Assembly (NCBI GenBank): GCA_965197925.1
Contig: CBDAOC010000020.1
Location: forward strand, 576,001 to 640,000
Direction: 5' to 3'
DNA: 64,000 nucleotides
From: Nitrososphaerales archaeon
GTDB taxonomy: Archaea; Thermoproteota; Nitrososphaeria; Nitrososphaerales; UBA213
The position numbers and the translations under genes are program-made. The notes beneath the pieces are model-generated. The model saw nothing but the letters and a program-made list of their open reading frames with translations, made no database searches and was not told the DNA's origin. Below, in pieces: positions 20,082-30,549 of this stretch (position 1 is the first letter of the stretch; each line of letters starts with the position of its first letter).

Positions 20082-20834
20082 ATGGCAAATGGCTCTAGAA
20101 TAGAATGGACCGAAACCACATGGAACCCAACGACTGGTTGTACGAAGGTTTCTTCAGGTTGCAAGAATTGTTACGCTGCCACTTTATCCAAGCGCCTTAA
20201 GGCCATGGGTTTGAAAAAATACCGGAATGAATTTCAGTTTATCGAGCATCCTGGCGAATTAGAACTTCCGTTGCACTGGAAAAAACCGAGGAAGATTTTC
20301 GTAAACAGCATGTCCGATCTTTTCCATGAGAAAGCAACCATGGAATTTATCACCAGGTGCTTTCATACCATGATGCAGGCAAACTGGCACACGTACCAGG
20401 TTCTTACTAAACGCCCGAAGGCGATGGCTGAATTTTCAAATTCCTTCTACAGGCATTTCAAGCAGGAAATCCCCGCTCATGTCTGGATGGGAACCAGTGT
20501 TGAAAACGAGGATAATGTGAAGAGGGTGGACGAGCTTAGAAAGGTAAAGTGCGATATCCGATTCATAAGCTTTGAGCCGCTTCTCGGTTCTGTAGGTGAA
20601 GTAAATCTGGATGGTATTGATTGGGCGATAATAGGAGGTGAAAGTGGTTTTGGATTCAGGCCAGTCAAGAAAGAATGGATAGTGGAAATAAAACGACAAT
20701 GTAGAAAGCAAAAAGTCAAAGTATTTTTCAAGCAGTGGGGCGGCATCAGGCCGAAATCTGGTGGCAGAATGATAAACGGCAGGACTTATGAGGAATATCC
20801 TGCAATAAAAAAGTCGACACCGTTATATGCGTGA
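20082..20834 (+). CDS. DUF5131 / phage Gp37-Gp68 family three-Cys (radical SAM-like) protein
   Basis: IEWTETTWNPTTGCTKVSSGCKNCYA (CX6CX2C), FVNSMSDLFH, YQVLTKRP, FISFEPLL, WAIIGGESG, FFKQWGG. Confidence 0.92.
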   Translation: MANGSRIEWTETTWNPTTGCTKVSSGCKNCYAATLSKRLKAMGLKKYRNEFQFIEHPGELELPLHWKKPRKIFVNSMSDLFHEKATMEFITRCFHTMMQANWHTYQVLTKRPKAMAEFSNSFYRHFKQEIPAHVWMGTSVENEDNVKRVDELRKVKCDIRFISFEPLLGSVGEVNLDGIDWAIIGGESGFGFRPVKKEWIVEIKRQCRKQKVKVFFKQWGGIRPKSGGRMINGRTYEEYPAIKKSTPLYA

Positions 20835-21781
20835 AATCAGGTCTTTTGATGAAGAAACCATTTGTTCCTTACGATTGGTCTAAAAATCGTATCAAGATCT
20901 TAGTTGACAAGGTTCAGACTCTAAAAAACGATGGTCTGCGTTTATCTCCCGGTGATCTTTGGTCAATAAAGAAACTCCTTCTTCTGGATTATTACGTGAA
21001 ACCATTTGTTACAATTATTAAAAAAAATAAATTTACAAATTGGTATTATGTCGATACCCATTGCGGTCCTGGTCTCATCGGATTTCAGGGAAAGGATTTA
21101 GAAAATGAGCGTTTCCCCGGCTCTCCTTTAATAGCCGCACTACGAGGAAAGGAATATCACTTTCATGAATACATTTTTTCAGACATCAAAGAGGAAGAAG
21201 TTAGTGTATTGAAAGAACGTCTCAGTAGATTAAAACCCTTAACTGGAGATTTGAAATATTCATTTAATCCTACAGGTTTTGAAAAAACCGTGGCATTAAT
21301 TGAGACCAAAAAAGCGCGAGGGAATGCGTTTTTAATTTTTATTGATCCCACAGGATTCACAGAGATAACTTGGAAGCTGATGGAAAGACTGTTGAGTATT
21401 GAAACTGCTGATATCATTTTTACTTTTATGACTTATGCCATAGCATTTAACAAATCTAAGGCATGTGGCGATATAAAAACTACACAATCAATTGATGCAT
21501 TTTTTGGAAATAGTGATTGGAATGGCTGCGAAAATGGCGAAGCGTTAGCAGAATCATACAGACAGCAAATGTTGAAGTATAAAAGATATGCTTGCATCAT
21601 TCCCGTTTATAAGACGGGTGAAAGCAAACTCTATCATATGATAATTGCTACTAACAGCAAGGGCGGCAGCAATGTCTTTGATGACGCAAGAAAAATTATG
21701 GATGTAGCCACGACAGAAGTATTTAGAGATGCATTGAAAGTTATATCCGGAAAAACAAAAGACTTGACAGAGTATTTCTAA
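20831..21781 (+). CDS. TcmP-like methyltransferase-fold protein, copy 2
   Basis: WSIKKLLLLDYY, YVDTHCGPG...GSPL, FIDPTG, YHMIIATN; GTGA overlap with the DUF5131 gene. Confidence 0.8.
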   Translation: MKSGLLMKKPFVPYDWSKNRIKILVDKVQTLKNDGLRLSPGDLWSIKKLLLLDYYVKPFVTIIKKNKFTNWYYVDTHCGPGLIGFQGKDLENERFPGSPLIAALRGKEYHFHEYIFSDIKEEEVSVLKERLSRLKPLTGDLKYSFNPTGFEKTVALIETKKARGNAFLIFIDPTGFTEITWKLMERLLSIETADIIFTFMTYAIAFNKSKACGDIKTTQSIDAFFGNSDWNGCENGEALAESYRQQMLKYKRYACIIPVYKTGESKLYHMIIATNSKGGSNVFDDARKIMDVATTEVFRDALKVISGKTKDLTEYF

Positions 21782-21846
21782 CTTTTATCATTGTTATATC
21801 CGGAAAAACAAAAGACTTGACAGAGTATTTCTAACTTTTATCATTG
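21740..21846. repeat. 53-bp perfect tandem duplication covering the tcmP-2 3' end
   Basis: GTTATATCCGGAAAAACAAAAGACTTGACAGAGTATTTCTAACTTTTATCATT x2. Confidence 0.9.
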
Positions 21847-22197
21847 GATAGCGAAGGTTTCATCGGTCTCTTTCTGAAGACGTTCTTTTTTCATGGCATT
21901 CACTGTGTCCCCACACTCTCTCTTTACAGGTTGCAGCCGGGTTTAGCTCATTTTGGAACGGCAGGTTTGATGCTCGGAAAGGCCAGCTCACTTTGGACGA
22001 TGTGCATGGGGCATCGGCAGAAACTCGGGAGAAGATCCACGTTGCACACTTGAACAGCAACCAGATCAGATCACTAGAATTGACAGGAGCCACAAATAAA
22101 GGAGTGAACACCACCGCCTGAGAAACAGGAATGGGTAGGGGTGAAGCTGATATTCGAAGACAAGGATGGAAAGTTTCAACCCTATTGAATTCAAGAT

Positions 22198-23553
22198 CTA
22201 GCTGTTGCAGGTTTCCCTAACTTTTTTTGTTATACCCTCGATTATCCTCGCCGATGCAGCAAGATGATTTTTTGGATTAAATAATGACTTCAATTCTTGG
22301 TCTTTCAAGATAGCTGAAACTTTCTTATCCTTCCTTAACGCAACAAGAAAATGCGTCCCTTTCTTTGTTGAAGCGAAGGCTATTCTCTGTACAGTTCTAT
22401 ATGCATCAAATCGTGGCATCCCCCCTTTTATGAGTGCGTAGAGAACAAATTCAGCGTATAGCTGTCCCTTTGTAAGTTCTAGGTTATGCAATATACTCTT
22501 CTCATTAACCATCAATTCTGCGACAACCTTTGTCATGCTATTCAACATTTCATCCAACAGTATCACACTCATAGGTATTGTGAAACGTTCGTTAGCTGAA
22601 TTGGAAAGATCGCGTTCATGCCATAAACTTATGTTATCCAGTGATACGTTTACCATTGATTTAACCAATCTTGCAAGTGAGGATGTTCTCTCACTCTTTA
22701 TTGGATTCTTTTTTACGGGAACTGCACTACTACCCATTTGTCCTTCTCGGAAGGGTTCAGCTACTTCACCAATTTCCGTTCTCTGCAAATTACGTATTTC
22801 AACGGAGATCTTCTCTAGCGTTGATGCCAATAGTGCGACCGCAAACATGAACTCCGCATGCCTTTCTCTGGAAACAACCTGTGTTGCTGCACTTATGGGA
22901 TATAGTTTCAATTTTTTAGCAACTAGTCTTTGTACATCAAGCGCCTTTCTGTCCATCAACGAACCTGTGCCAACCACACCAAGTGTCTTACACATTAGAA
23001 CACGTTTTTCTAATTCCCCAAATCTTTCAATGTGAATGATTATGTCAGAAGCCCAGACCGCAAATTTCAAACCAAAGGCAATTATGCTTGCATGCTGACC
23101 ATGTGTTCTGCCAACAGCGGGTAATTCTTTGTATTTTGATGCCCTTCCAGATAATAGTTTGGTTATTCTTAATAACTTGGGTTTTATAATCTTCATAGAA
23201 TCACGCATCTGTAGTGAGATGACAGTATCAACAACATCATAACTGGTTAGACCATAATGGATCCACCGTTTTGTTTCATTGCTGCAAAGCTCACTTATTG
23301 ATTCAACTACAGCAGCGGTATCATGTTCGCTAACGGCTTCAAGCTCTTTCACTCTCTTTATTGTTATCTTGCTAGACCTTGCTTTAGTTGCAATCTCTTT
23401 CGCTGCTTTGAGAGGTATTAGTTTCATCTCCCCCTGAGCTTCAGCAACACTGGCCTCAAACTCAAGCTCATAATCCAAGCGATTCTGTTCTTCAAAAATG
23501 CTCTTGATCTCATCACTACCGTATCTGCCGGTATCAATAGGAAGAATTGGCAT
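22198..23553 (-). CDS. purB: Adenylosuccinate lyase
   Basis: HYGLTSYD, GRTHGQHA, GSSAVPVKKNP signature, WHERDLSNS. Confidence 0.95.
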   Translation of the reverse strand: MPILPIDTGRYGSDEIKSIFEEQNRLDYELEFEASVAEAQGEMKLIPLKAAKEIATKARSSKITIKRVKELEAVSEHDTAAVVESISELCSNETKRWIHYGLTSYDVVDTVISLQMRDSMKIIKPKLLRITKLLSGRASKYKELPAVGRTHGQHASIIAFGLKFAVWASDIIIHIERFGELEKRVLMCKTLGVVGTGSLMDRKALDVQRLVAKKLKLYPISAATQVVSRERHAEFMFAVALLASTLEKISVEIRNLQRTEIGEVAEPFREGQMGSSAVPVKKNPIKSERTSSLARLVKSMVNVSLDNISLWHERDLSNSANERFTIPMSVILLDEMLNSMTKVVAELMVNEKSILHNLELTKGQLYAEFVLYALIKGGMPRFDAYRTVQRIAFASTKKGTHFLVALRKDKKVSAILKDQELKSLFNPKNHLAASARIIEGITKKVRETCNS

Positions 23554-24759
23554 ATGTTGTTTCCATGAATCTGGGAAAATAAACCTTTGTTACTAATGTT
23601 ATTGAGGTTATGAAATATTATTTTTTACTACAGAACCCCAACAAACAATGTCTAGTCTAATCATAGTTGTAGAAAGAATTGAGGGTCATCAAATGGTGCA
23701 TAAGGAATATTCATCGGATCAAAATATTCATCCAAATTATTTTTCAAAGCCTTTTTTAAAAGTAATATACAATACAAATTCATCGACATCACAAGAATTT
23801 CTATGATGAGTGTAAAATGTAAACCAAAGGAAAAATTGGGGATAACTAGTTATCTAATACGAGATGGATTAACGAGATGGATTAGATAATCGAGACCGTA
23901 ACCCCACAAACAAGAATACAGTTCAAATTATCTAGAATAGGAAAAGGGAGTAGAAAAACAAATACAATAACAATGACGAAAATTAACCATAGGACCGATA
24001 TGTTGGTGCAATCAACAGACAAAATTGATAATCTCTTTTGGAATGTTCTCAATAACGGGTATTCTATTGACCAGCCGAATGACCTTTGACCTTATTTTGC
24101 CAAAACACCTTCAAAGTATTTCAAATGTAAGAGATTGGGAGATTGAATTCCCAACTTTAAACCTGAAATGTTAGCATATCACAATATGTTACCAAAGACA
24201 GGTAACGTCCTATCAGAATAGTTTAAAATATTATTTTGCCAGCCCTAGGGAATGCCACACCCATTACAACCAAAAGAACCCATTTCCTTTTTTGATTCCC
24301 AAACAATCGGTAAAGTCATCATAACGTTCAATACACTTGATATTTTCTGTTTCAATCAGTAGCAACCGACGAACTAAAGTTAAATGATTAGGGATAAATC
24401 TAGAAATAATACAGTTACACGCCTCTTTTGAAATTTAAATATACATAATAACATTCTATGGGTTAGGCTAAGACCAGCATCAGGAAAAACGATTCTCATA
24501 GTGGTAATCTATCTTAGGGATATAGTTGCATTCTCCTGAGACTCTGCTTACCTTTTCCCATCCTGATTTCGGGAGAATTGTATTGAATGTATTGACAGTA
24601 AACTGGTAAAGCAAATATGGAAAGAAAGGAGTGATAACTGTATCAATAACCATATTGTCGACACAAGAATATTCTTAATAATGTACTATCATATCTGAAA
24701 GAACTCAATTCTAATAGTTTAAATTGGTCAAAGATGGGGTAAACTCTGGCTGATAGTTT

Positions 24760-26214
24760 TTGGTTTCCCGGGATATGATTAAGAAAGTGGGTGATGCCGA
24801 GTACAAGATTGATTCCATGCCAAATGGAAAAATGAATGTGCCTGTCACTATTTATGCTGACGATTCTCTTCTTAACAAAATGGTAACTGATAGAACTCTT
24901 GGTCAAGCAATGAACGTTGCTACATTGCCTGGAGTACAGAAGCATGTTGTTGTTCTGCCTGATGGTCATGAAGGTTACGGCTTTCCTGTTGGGGGTGTTG
25001 CAGCTACGGACTTTAATGAAGGTGTGATAAGCCCTGGTGGAGTTGGCTATGACATAAACTGTGGGGTAAGACTCATCAGAACCAACCTGAATGAAGCTGA
25101 TATAAGACAGAAATTAAAGGAATTGGTGAACGAACTTTTTCATGCAATACCATCGGGTGTTGGTAGCCAGGGTGCCTTTAAATTAAGCAGTTCAGATCTT
25201 GATAACGTCCTAACTGAAGGGGTAAATTGGGCCATAAAAAACAATTATGGTTTCAAAGAAGATGCTGATACGTGTGAGGAAAATGGAAGAATCCCAGATG
25301 CAGATCCAAACAAGATCTCTGCCATGGCTAGAAAAAGAGGAGCGCCCCAACTTGGAAGTTTAGGTTCGGGTAATCACTTTCTGGAAGTGCAAAAGGTCGA
25401 TAAAATATTCGATAAAGAAGCTGCAGAGAGATATGGCATTGAGCGTGAGGGACAAGCCACTGTAATGATACACTGTGGCTCGAGGGGCTACGGACACCAA
25501 GTTTGTACAGATTATTTACGTGTGTCTGAAAGCGCACTCCGAAAGTACAACATTCAACTACCAGACAGGGAACTTGCATGTGTTCCAAACAATTCTCAGG
25601 AGGGGGAATCATACAGGAAGGCGATGTATACTGCACTTAACTTTGCCTGGAGCAATAGGCAGATGATTACACACTGGACTAGAAAGACTTTTGAAGAGGT
25701 TTTCAATATGAGCGAAGGCGACCTTGACATGCGTCTTGTGTATGATGTTGCACACAACATTGCCAAGGTGGAAAATCACAAAGTGGATGGTTCTAGCAAG
25801 GACGTTGTCGTACATAGAAAAGGTGCTACCAGGGCATTTCCCGCAGGTAGAAAGGAGGTACCATCAAAGTACAGAGATTTTGGACAGCCTGTTATCATAC
25901 CTGGTTCCATGGGTACTGCAAGCTGGATTTTGCGTGGTGGTCACAATTCATTGGATCTTACTTTTGGTTCCACTGCACATGGAGCAGGAAGAACAATGTC
26001 AAGATCGGCTGCAAGGAGAAGCTACACTCCACAGGGAGTGCAGAATAAACTACAGTCTAGTGGAATATATGTAAAGGCCCTGACCAAGCAAGGTGTAGTG
26101 GAAGAGGCGCCGGAAGCTTACAAGGATGTAGATTCTGTGGTAGAAGTTTCACACAAGATTGGTATTGCAACAAAGGTGGCAAGGCTGGTTCCTTTAGGAG
26201 TGATAAAGGGATGA
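24760..26214 (+). CDS. rtcB: RNA-splicing ligase RtcB
   Basis: PDGHEGYGFPVGG, GYDINCG, GSGNHF, HNIAK, HRKGAT, PGSMG, HGAGR, EEAPEAYK. Confidence 0.96.
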   Translation: MVSRDMIKKVGDAEYKIDSMPNGKMNVPVTIYADDSLLNKMVTDRTLGQAMNVATLPGVQKHVVVLPDGHEGYGFPVGGVAATDFNEGVISPGGVGYDINCGVRLIRTNLNEADIRQKLKELVNELFHAIPSGVGSQGAFKLSSSDLDNVLTEGVNWAIKNNYGFKEDADTCEENGRIPDADPNKISAMARKRGAPQLGSLGSGNHFLEVQKVDKIFDKEAAERYGIEREGQATVMIHCGSRGYGHQVCTDYLRVSESALRKYNIQLPDRELACVPNNSQEGESYRKAMYTALNFAWSNRQMITHWTRKTFEEVFNMSEGDLDMRLVYDVAHNIAKVENHKVDGSSKDVVVHRKGATRAFPAGRKEVPSKYRDFGQPVIIPGSMGTASWILRGGHNSLDLTFGSTAHGAGRTMSRSAARRSYTPQGVQNKLQSSGIYVKALTKQGVVEEAPEAYKDVDSVVEVSHKIGIATKVARLVPLGVIKG

Positions 26215-26576
26215 GTGACTACGATCCTGATCTTGACATAATACGCGCCAGAAAATTGCGAGAGCTGAAAAGGAAGCTAAAGTCAGAAAAGCCAAAGGTG
26301 AAGACCGAGAGAGATATACTTGTAGAATATCTGGTTGATAGGGGAATAGAAGTTCTTGCAGCGGCGGAATACCAATACCCAGAGGAAACTGCTTTAGTTG
26401 TCACTAAAATCGTGGAGGTTATCAAAAAAGGTGAACTAAAGGAGAACATTTCTGGTGGTACTTTGCTTTCACTGTTTAGATCTTTAGGCTTACGGGTTAG
26501 AATGGACACAAAAATTAGTGTAGAAGAGCATGGTAGGTTTGTTTCACTTACAGATAAACTAAAACACGAGGAATAA
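26211..26576 (+). CDS. PDCD5-like double-stranded DNA-binding protein
   Basis: DPDLDIIRARKLRELK N-terminus; directly downstream of rtcB. Confidence 0.75.
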   Translation: MSDYDPDLDIIRARKLRELKRKLKSEKPKVKTERDILVEYLVDRGIEVLAAAEYQYPEETALVVTKIVEVIKKGELKENISGGTLLSLFRSLGLRVRMDTKISVEEHGRFVSLTDKLKHEE

Positions 26577-26578
26577 AT

Positions 26579-26989
26579 CTAAACTCTTCTTCCTCTTCTG
26601 CCACCGGGCTTTCTGGTAGTATCATGTGGAAGTGGTGTAACATCATCAATTCTTCCTATCTTGAATCCGGCCCTTGCAAGAGCTCTTATTGATGCCTGTG
26701 CTCCTGGTCCAGGAATCCTTGCCCCCATACCACCAACCGCTCTAACTCTAATATGCAAAGCAGTTATTCCTTTAGTTTTAGCTGTATCGGCTACAGTAAC
26801 TGCAGCCTTCATTGCTGCATATGGAGAAGATTCATACCTATCAGCAGAAACGTGTCTTCCACCAGAACTTATCCCTATAGTCTCTGCTCCACTAAGATCG
26901 GTTAAATGCACTATGGTATTGTTGTAACTACTGAATATGTGCGCTATACCCCATTTCTCCTTCTTGATATCCTCTTCTATTGACAACAA
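26579..26989 (-). CDS. rps11: 30S ribosomal protein S11
   Basis: [30 protein letters not shown]...GGRRGRRV. Confidence 0.97.
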   Translation of the reverse strand: MLSIEEDIKKEKWGIAHIFSSYNNTIVHLTDLSGAETIGISSGGRHVSADRYESSPYAAMKAAVTVADTAKTKGITALHIRVRAVGGMGARIPGPGAQASIRALARAGFKIGRIDDVTPLPHDTTRKPGGRRGRRV

Positions 26990-27256
26990 AAAAACACTCT
27001 TTCAACGGTATAAAAAATGTTGTGGTGACAATTTTAATGGCTCTTATCAAGGGGGAATATAACCGCTGTTCAACATGAATGAGTCCATATTATTAGCATG
27101 TAGAGATGAAGTGGTATGGATATGTAACACAGTTTGCTTTACCAGAAAAGGGAATTCGCATCCCTTTGTGTAGGTTTTCAGATTACAGATTCCATAATAC
27201 TTTATCAACAAAATTCACTTGTCCATTGTACTAATTGTTCCTTAATTTTAGCAAGA

Positions 27257-27290
27257 ATTGAAGTATACACAATATTGAAGTATGCACAAT
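27257..27290. repeat. 17-bp near-perfect tandem duplication
   Basis: ATTGAAGTATACACAAT / ATTGAAGTATGCACAAT. Confidence 0.8.
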
Positions 27291-27300
27291 CATGAATTTT

Positions 27301-28260
27301 TCATCTCAAATGCTCCCAACCAACCTTTTCAATTCTTTTTTGGCCTTTGTTCCCGTTCATAAACACACCCTTACCAGCCTCTACTCGACCGATTACAGAG
27401 AGTCTGCACTTCTTCTCTCTAGCCAATTTCAGTACTTTGTTGAGATTTCGTCTTGGAACCGTAGCTACAATTTCATATTCCTCTCCCCCCTGGAATACCA
27501 GTTTACATATATCAAACCCATTTGCTTTTACAAATTTCCTGACCTCGTTGGTAGTTGGCAAGGATTCTATGATAAACTTCTTCTTGCTTTGTTCACTCAT
27601 TTCATGGAGTGTAATTGCTAGTCCGTCACTAGAGTCCATGGTAGATGAAGCATAATTTACCAGACCAAGTCCAAATCCCAACTTTGCTTTCGGCATCAAT
27701 ATGGCTCTTTTTGCTTTATTGCTAAAATATGATTCCGCTCTAGCTCTCCCTTGCAGAATCCTCAATGCTGCAGATGAATACCCAAATGGGCCTGATGTTA
27801 TTATAAGATCTCCCAAATTTGCACCGGAACGATTTATCAGCACACTAGAAATTCCAATTATACAACAGTCTATGACCAGATCGTTACTTTCGTTGGTATC
27901 ACCTCCAATTATGTTGACATTAAATTCTCTTTCCGCTTTTGCAAAACCTTTTGCAAGTTCTGTGATATCCTTTGCTCCGAAATTTCTTGGTATTCCTAAA
28001 GATATCAAAGAGGCCAATGGTTTAACACCCTTGCAAGCAAAATCGCTAACACAAGAAACTATGCTCTTTCTTGCCATTTGCTCCAATGACATTTGTTTGG
28101 GGGCATCGGTCACTCTGACGAACATATCGCATTTGAACACCAAGTTCTGCCCTCCAAATTTAACAGCATTAACATCATCGTTCCATAACATAGCTCTCCT
28201 CCTAATGGAAAGCGTTTTTGATATTAGATCAATTACCTGTTTTTCGCTTAACCTTTTCAT
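27301..28260 (-). CDS. thiL: Thiamine-monophosphate kinase
   Basis: DDVNA, SDFACKG, IIGGDT, MDSSDGL, GGEEYE, GWEH; ATG at 28260 preferred. Confidence 0.92.
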   Translation of the reverse strand: MKRLSEKQVIDLISKTLSIRRRAMLWNDDVNAVKFGGQNLVFKCDMFVRVTDAPKQMSLEQMARKSIVSCVSDFACKGVKPLASLISLGIPRNFGAKDITELAKGFAKAEREFNVNIIGGDTNESNDLVIDCCIIGISSVLINRSGANLGDLIITSGPFGYSSAALRILQGRARAESYFSNKAKRAILMPKAKLGFGLGLVNYASSTMDSSDGLAITLHEMSEQSKKKFIIESLPTTNEVRKFVKANGFDICKLVFQGGEEYEIVATVPRRNLNKVLKLAREKKCRLSVIGRVEAGKGVFMNGNKGQKRIEKVGWEHLR

Positions 28261-29548
28261 TCTCTTCCCTAATCTTCTCCCCATACTTGTTATACAAATT
28301 CTTGCTTTTCTCTTCGCGCTTTGATTCTACTGAAAGCCTGATAGAATGTTCGGTGTTTGATCCCCTAATTAAAACCCATGAATCATCATCAACCATCGCA
28401 AATACACCATCAACACAATCCAAAGTAGAGGATTCCTTTCCCAGCAGTTTTTTGACATTCTCCAATACCTCATTATGGAGAGTAGAGTTAGCCTGTACCT
28501 TTCCTCTAATTGAATGGTATTTAGATGCAAACTCCAAAATTTCATTATATTTTTTGCTCCCTACCAAACTAGTTATAAAGGCAGACGCCAGGATCCCATC
28601 CCTGCACATGTTAAAGTCCTTAAGAATGAATCCTCCGCTGCTCCCCTCTCCACCAGCTGGTACATTATGCTCTAGCATCTCCTTGACAACATTTGCCTCG
28701 CCCACTTTCGCGCGATGAATCCTGCAATTATTTTCTTTAGCATAATCTTCTATGGCTTTACTGGTATCGCGACTCACCACAATGTCCTTGATATTCATAT
28801 CAATTGCCTTTGCTATACAAAGCAACAATGTAAGATCTGGGTTTAATTTTACGCCGTTCTCATCTACCACAGTAAGCCTGTCTCCATCCAAGTCAAAGGC
28901 AAATCCTACTTGACAATTGGAATTTACAACTATATTACGAAGTTCATTAAGTTCGTCAGTGGTCGGGTCTGGAGTTCTTGAAGAGACCCCAAATCTGTTA
29001 TTGATGCTTATTACCATACATCCTATTTTTGATAGTATTGCGTTAGCATAACCACTCGCCGCTCCACCAGTTGTGTCTACAGCAATTTTAGGTTCTTCTT
29101 GTATGTTATCCATTAACTTGATAATCTCTTCTTGGTAAGTAGAATTTATTACAAATTCCTTTCCTATGTAATTGATTTCACTAGCCGGTTCATTTTTGAC
29201 CTTCTCTAGCTCATTCTCAAATATTCCTCTTCCGTCTATTACAAATTTCAAACCATTCCATTCTAATGGATTATGAGAGGCAGTAACTATCAAAGCCGCA
29301 TCGTGCTTCCTTGATTCCCTGAATGCGAATGGCGTGGGTGCTATACCAAGATTATAAACGTCAATGCCTTGCTCCATAAAGGCAGAAGCTACAGTCTTAT
29401 AGATAATTTCACTGGTCTCTCTCGTGTCCCTTGCAAGAACGCATTCTCTGTCTATAAGCTTAGAAAAGCCTCTGGATAATCTTAGTACATCCTGAAGCAC
29501 AAGGTCTTGACCGAATATTCCACGGACGCCAGAGATTGAAATCTTCAC
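28229..29548 (-). CDS. Phosphohexomutase (phosphomannomutase/phosphoglucosamine mutase family)
   Basis: ISGVRG, TASHNP, FDLDGDR, GGEGSSGG, IRGSNTE. Confidence 0.92.
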   Translation of the reverse strand: MKISISGVRGIFGQDLVLQDVLRLSRGFSKLIDRECVLARDTRETSEIIYKTVASAFMEQGIDVYNLGIAPTPFAFRESRKHDAALIVTASHNPLEWNGLKFVIDGRGIFENELEKVKNEPASEINYIGKEFVINSTYQEEIIKLMDNIQEEPKIAVDTTGGAASGYANAILSKIGCMVISINNRFGVSSRTPDPTTDELNELRNIVVNSNCQVGFAFDLDGDRLTVVDENGVKLNPDLTLLLCIAKAIDMNIKDIVVSRDTSKAIEDYAKENNCRIHRAKVGEANVVKEMLEHNVPAGGEGSSGGFILKDFNMCRDGILASAFITSLVGSKKYNEILEFASKYHSIRGKVQANSTLHNEVLENVKKLLGKESSTLDCVDGVFAMVDDDSWVLIRGSNTEHSIRLSVESKREEKSKNLYNKYGEKIREENEKVKRKTGN

Positions 29549-29599
29549 GAATCGATCTGCAAAGGCTTATTATTATAAACTCTACAAAACTTGTTTCAT

Positions 29600-29692
29600 G
29601 CCTCGGTGGCTCAGCCTGGTAGTGGTTATGAAACTGCCAAGAGCGAGCGCCTCGTAAGCGCTAAGTCGCGGGATCGAAGCCCGCCCGAGGCT
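29600..29692 (+). tRNA. tRNA-Thr(CGT) with a 19-nt intron in the D-arm
   Basis: Acceptor GCCTCGG/CCGAGGC, anticodon arm AGCGC-CTCGTAA-GCGCT, T arm GCGGG/CCCGC. Removing 29623-29641 restores the D arm GCTCAGCCTGGTAGAGC. Confidence 0.9.
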
Positions 29693-30412
29693 TTTCCAGT
29701 ATAAAAATGGAGTCTGATTAAACACAATGTTAGAATTTAGTGGAAAATAATATTTTGAAAGCAGATAACCTAGATTTTCTGTATGTAAGAAATTCATATC
29801 TCTTTAAGTCTATATTGACGGATAAACTAAGGTGAGATTTTACACTGGCTCATGAAAAAGCTTGGCATTACATGCAATTTACATTTCTTTATATCTCTTC
29901 CGTATATCCTCACCGAAAATCTGACAAGGAAAATAGAAACATCCTATTTAATGCCTTTAGATTGATCCAATTCTGTTTATTTGATGATTGTTGACTTTAA
30001 ATGGACAGATCTAGGTGATAAGAGTGCAAAAAACAAAAATAAGAAAAATCTAGAAAAATAAGTGCAGTAATTTATTGGATTTAGCGATCAAGTAGGAACT
30101 AGTAAAAATAATACAGTATACTTGATAATATGGAGAATGATAGAGGCCTATTGGTTTTAGAGGACAAAGATGTTGCTCAAATTGATGCTACGGTAATGGT
30201 TGGCGTATTAATTTTTCTTGGTAATAATAAGTTACACACCAAATTAATAGAATTTCCTTTATGTATGACGTCGTATGTGAAGCAGAAAAATAATCAGTAG
30301 GATAGATGAGCACAGGTGGGGGCTCGAATTCCTGTTTGAAGATATATTAGAACTATGCCAGTCTGATTTGTAAAGATGATAAATATTCAAAATACAAAGG
30401 TATGTGTTAGAA

Positions 30413-30510
30413 AGAAATAATTGGAATTCCAGACGATGACATTATTTATGGATTAGGAGGCAACGACACAATACAAAGACTTGGTGATGATGACATAATA
30501 TTTGGTTTCC
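30413..30510 (+). pseudogene. RTX/hemolysin-type Ca-binding repeat remnant
   Basis: EIIGIPDDDIIYGLGGNDTIQRLGDDDIIFG. Confidence 0.6.
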
Positions 30511-30549
30511 TTAAAATGTTCGAAAAGAATGTTTAATAGGAATCGGCTA

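Noticed and set aside
21844..22114. Short ORFs between tcmP-2 and purB
   Set aside because: No motif or coding-like composition on either strand.
23600..24700. 1.1 kb intergenic stretch as an ncRNA or hidden gene
   Set aside because: AT-rich with no recognisable reading frame or fold; probably eroded DNA and cannot be supported.
26579..26989. rps11 outside the S13-S4-S11-rpoD operon as an anomaly
   Set aside because: To my knowledge this stand-alone placement is normal in Nitrososphaerota.
29582..29797. 71-aa minus-strand ORF
   Set aside because: Antisense to tRNA-Thr.
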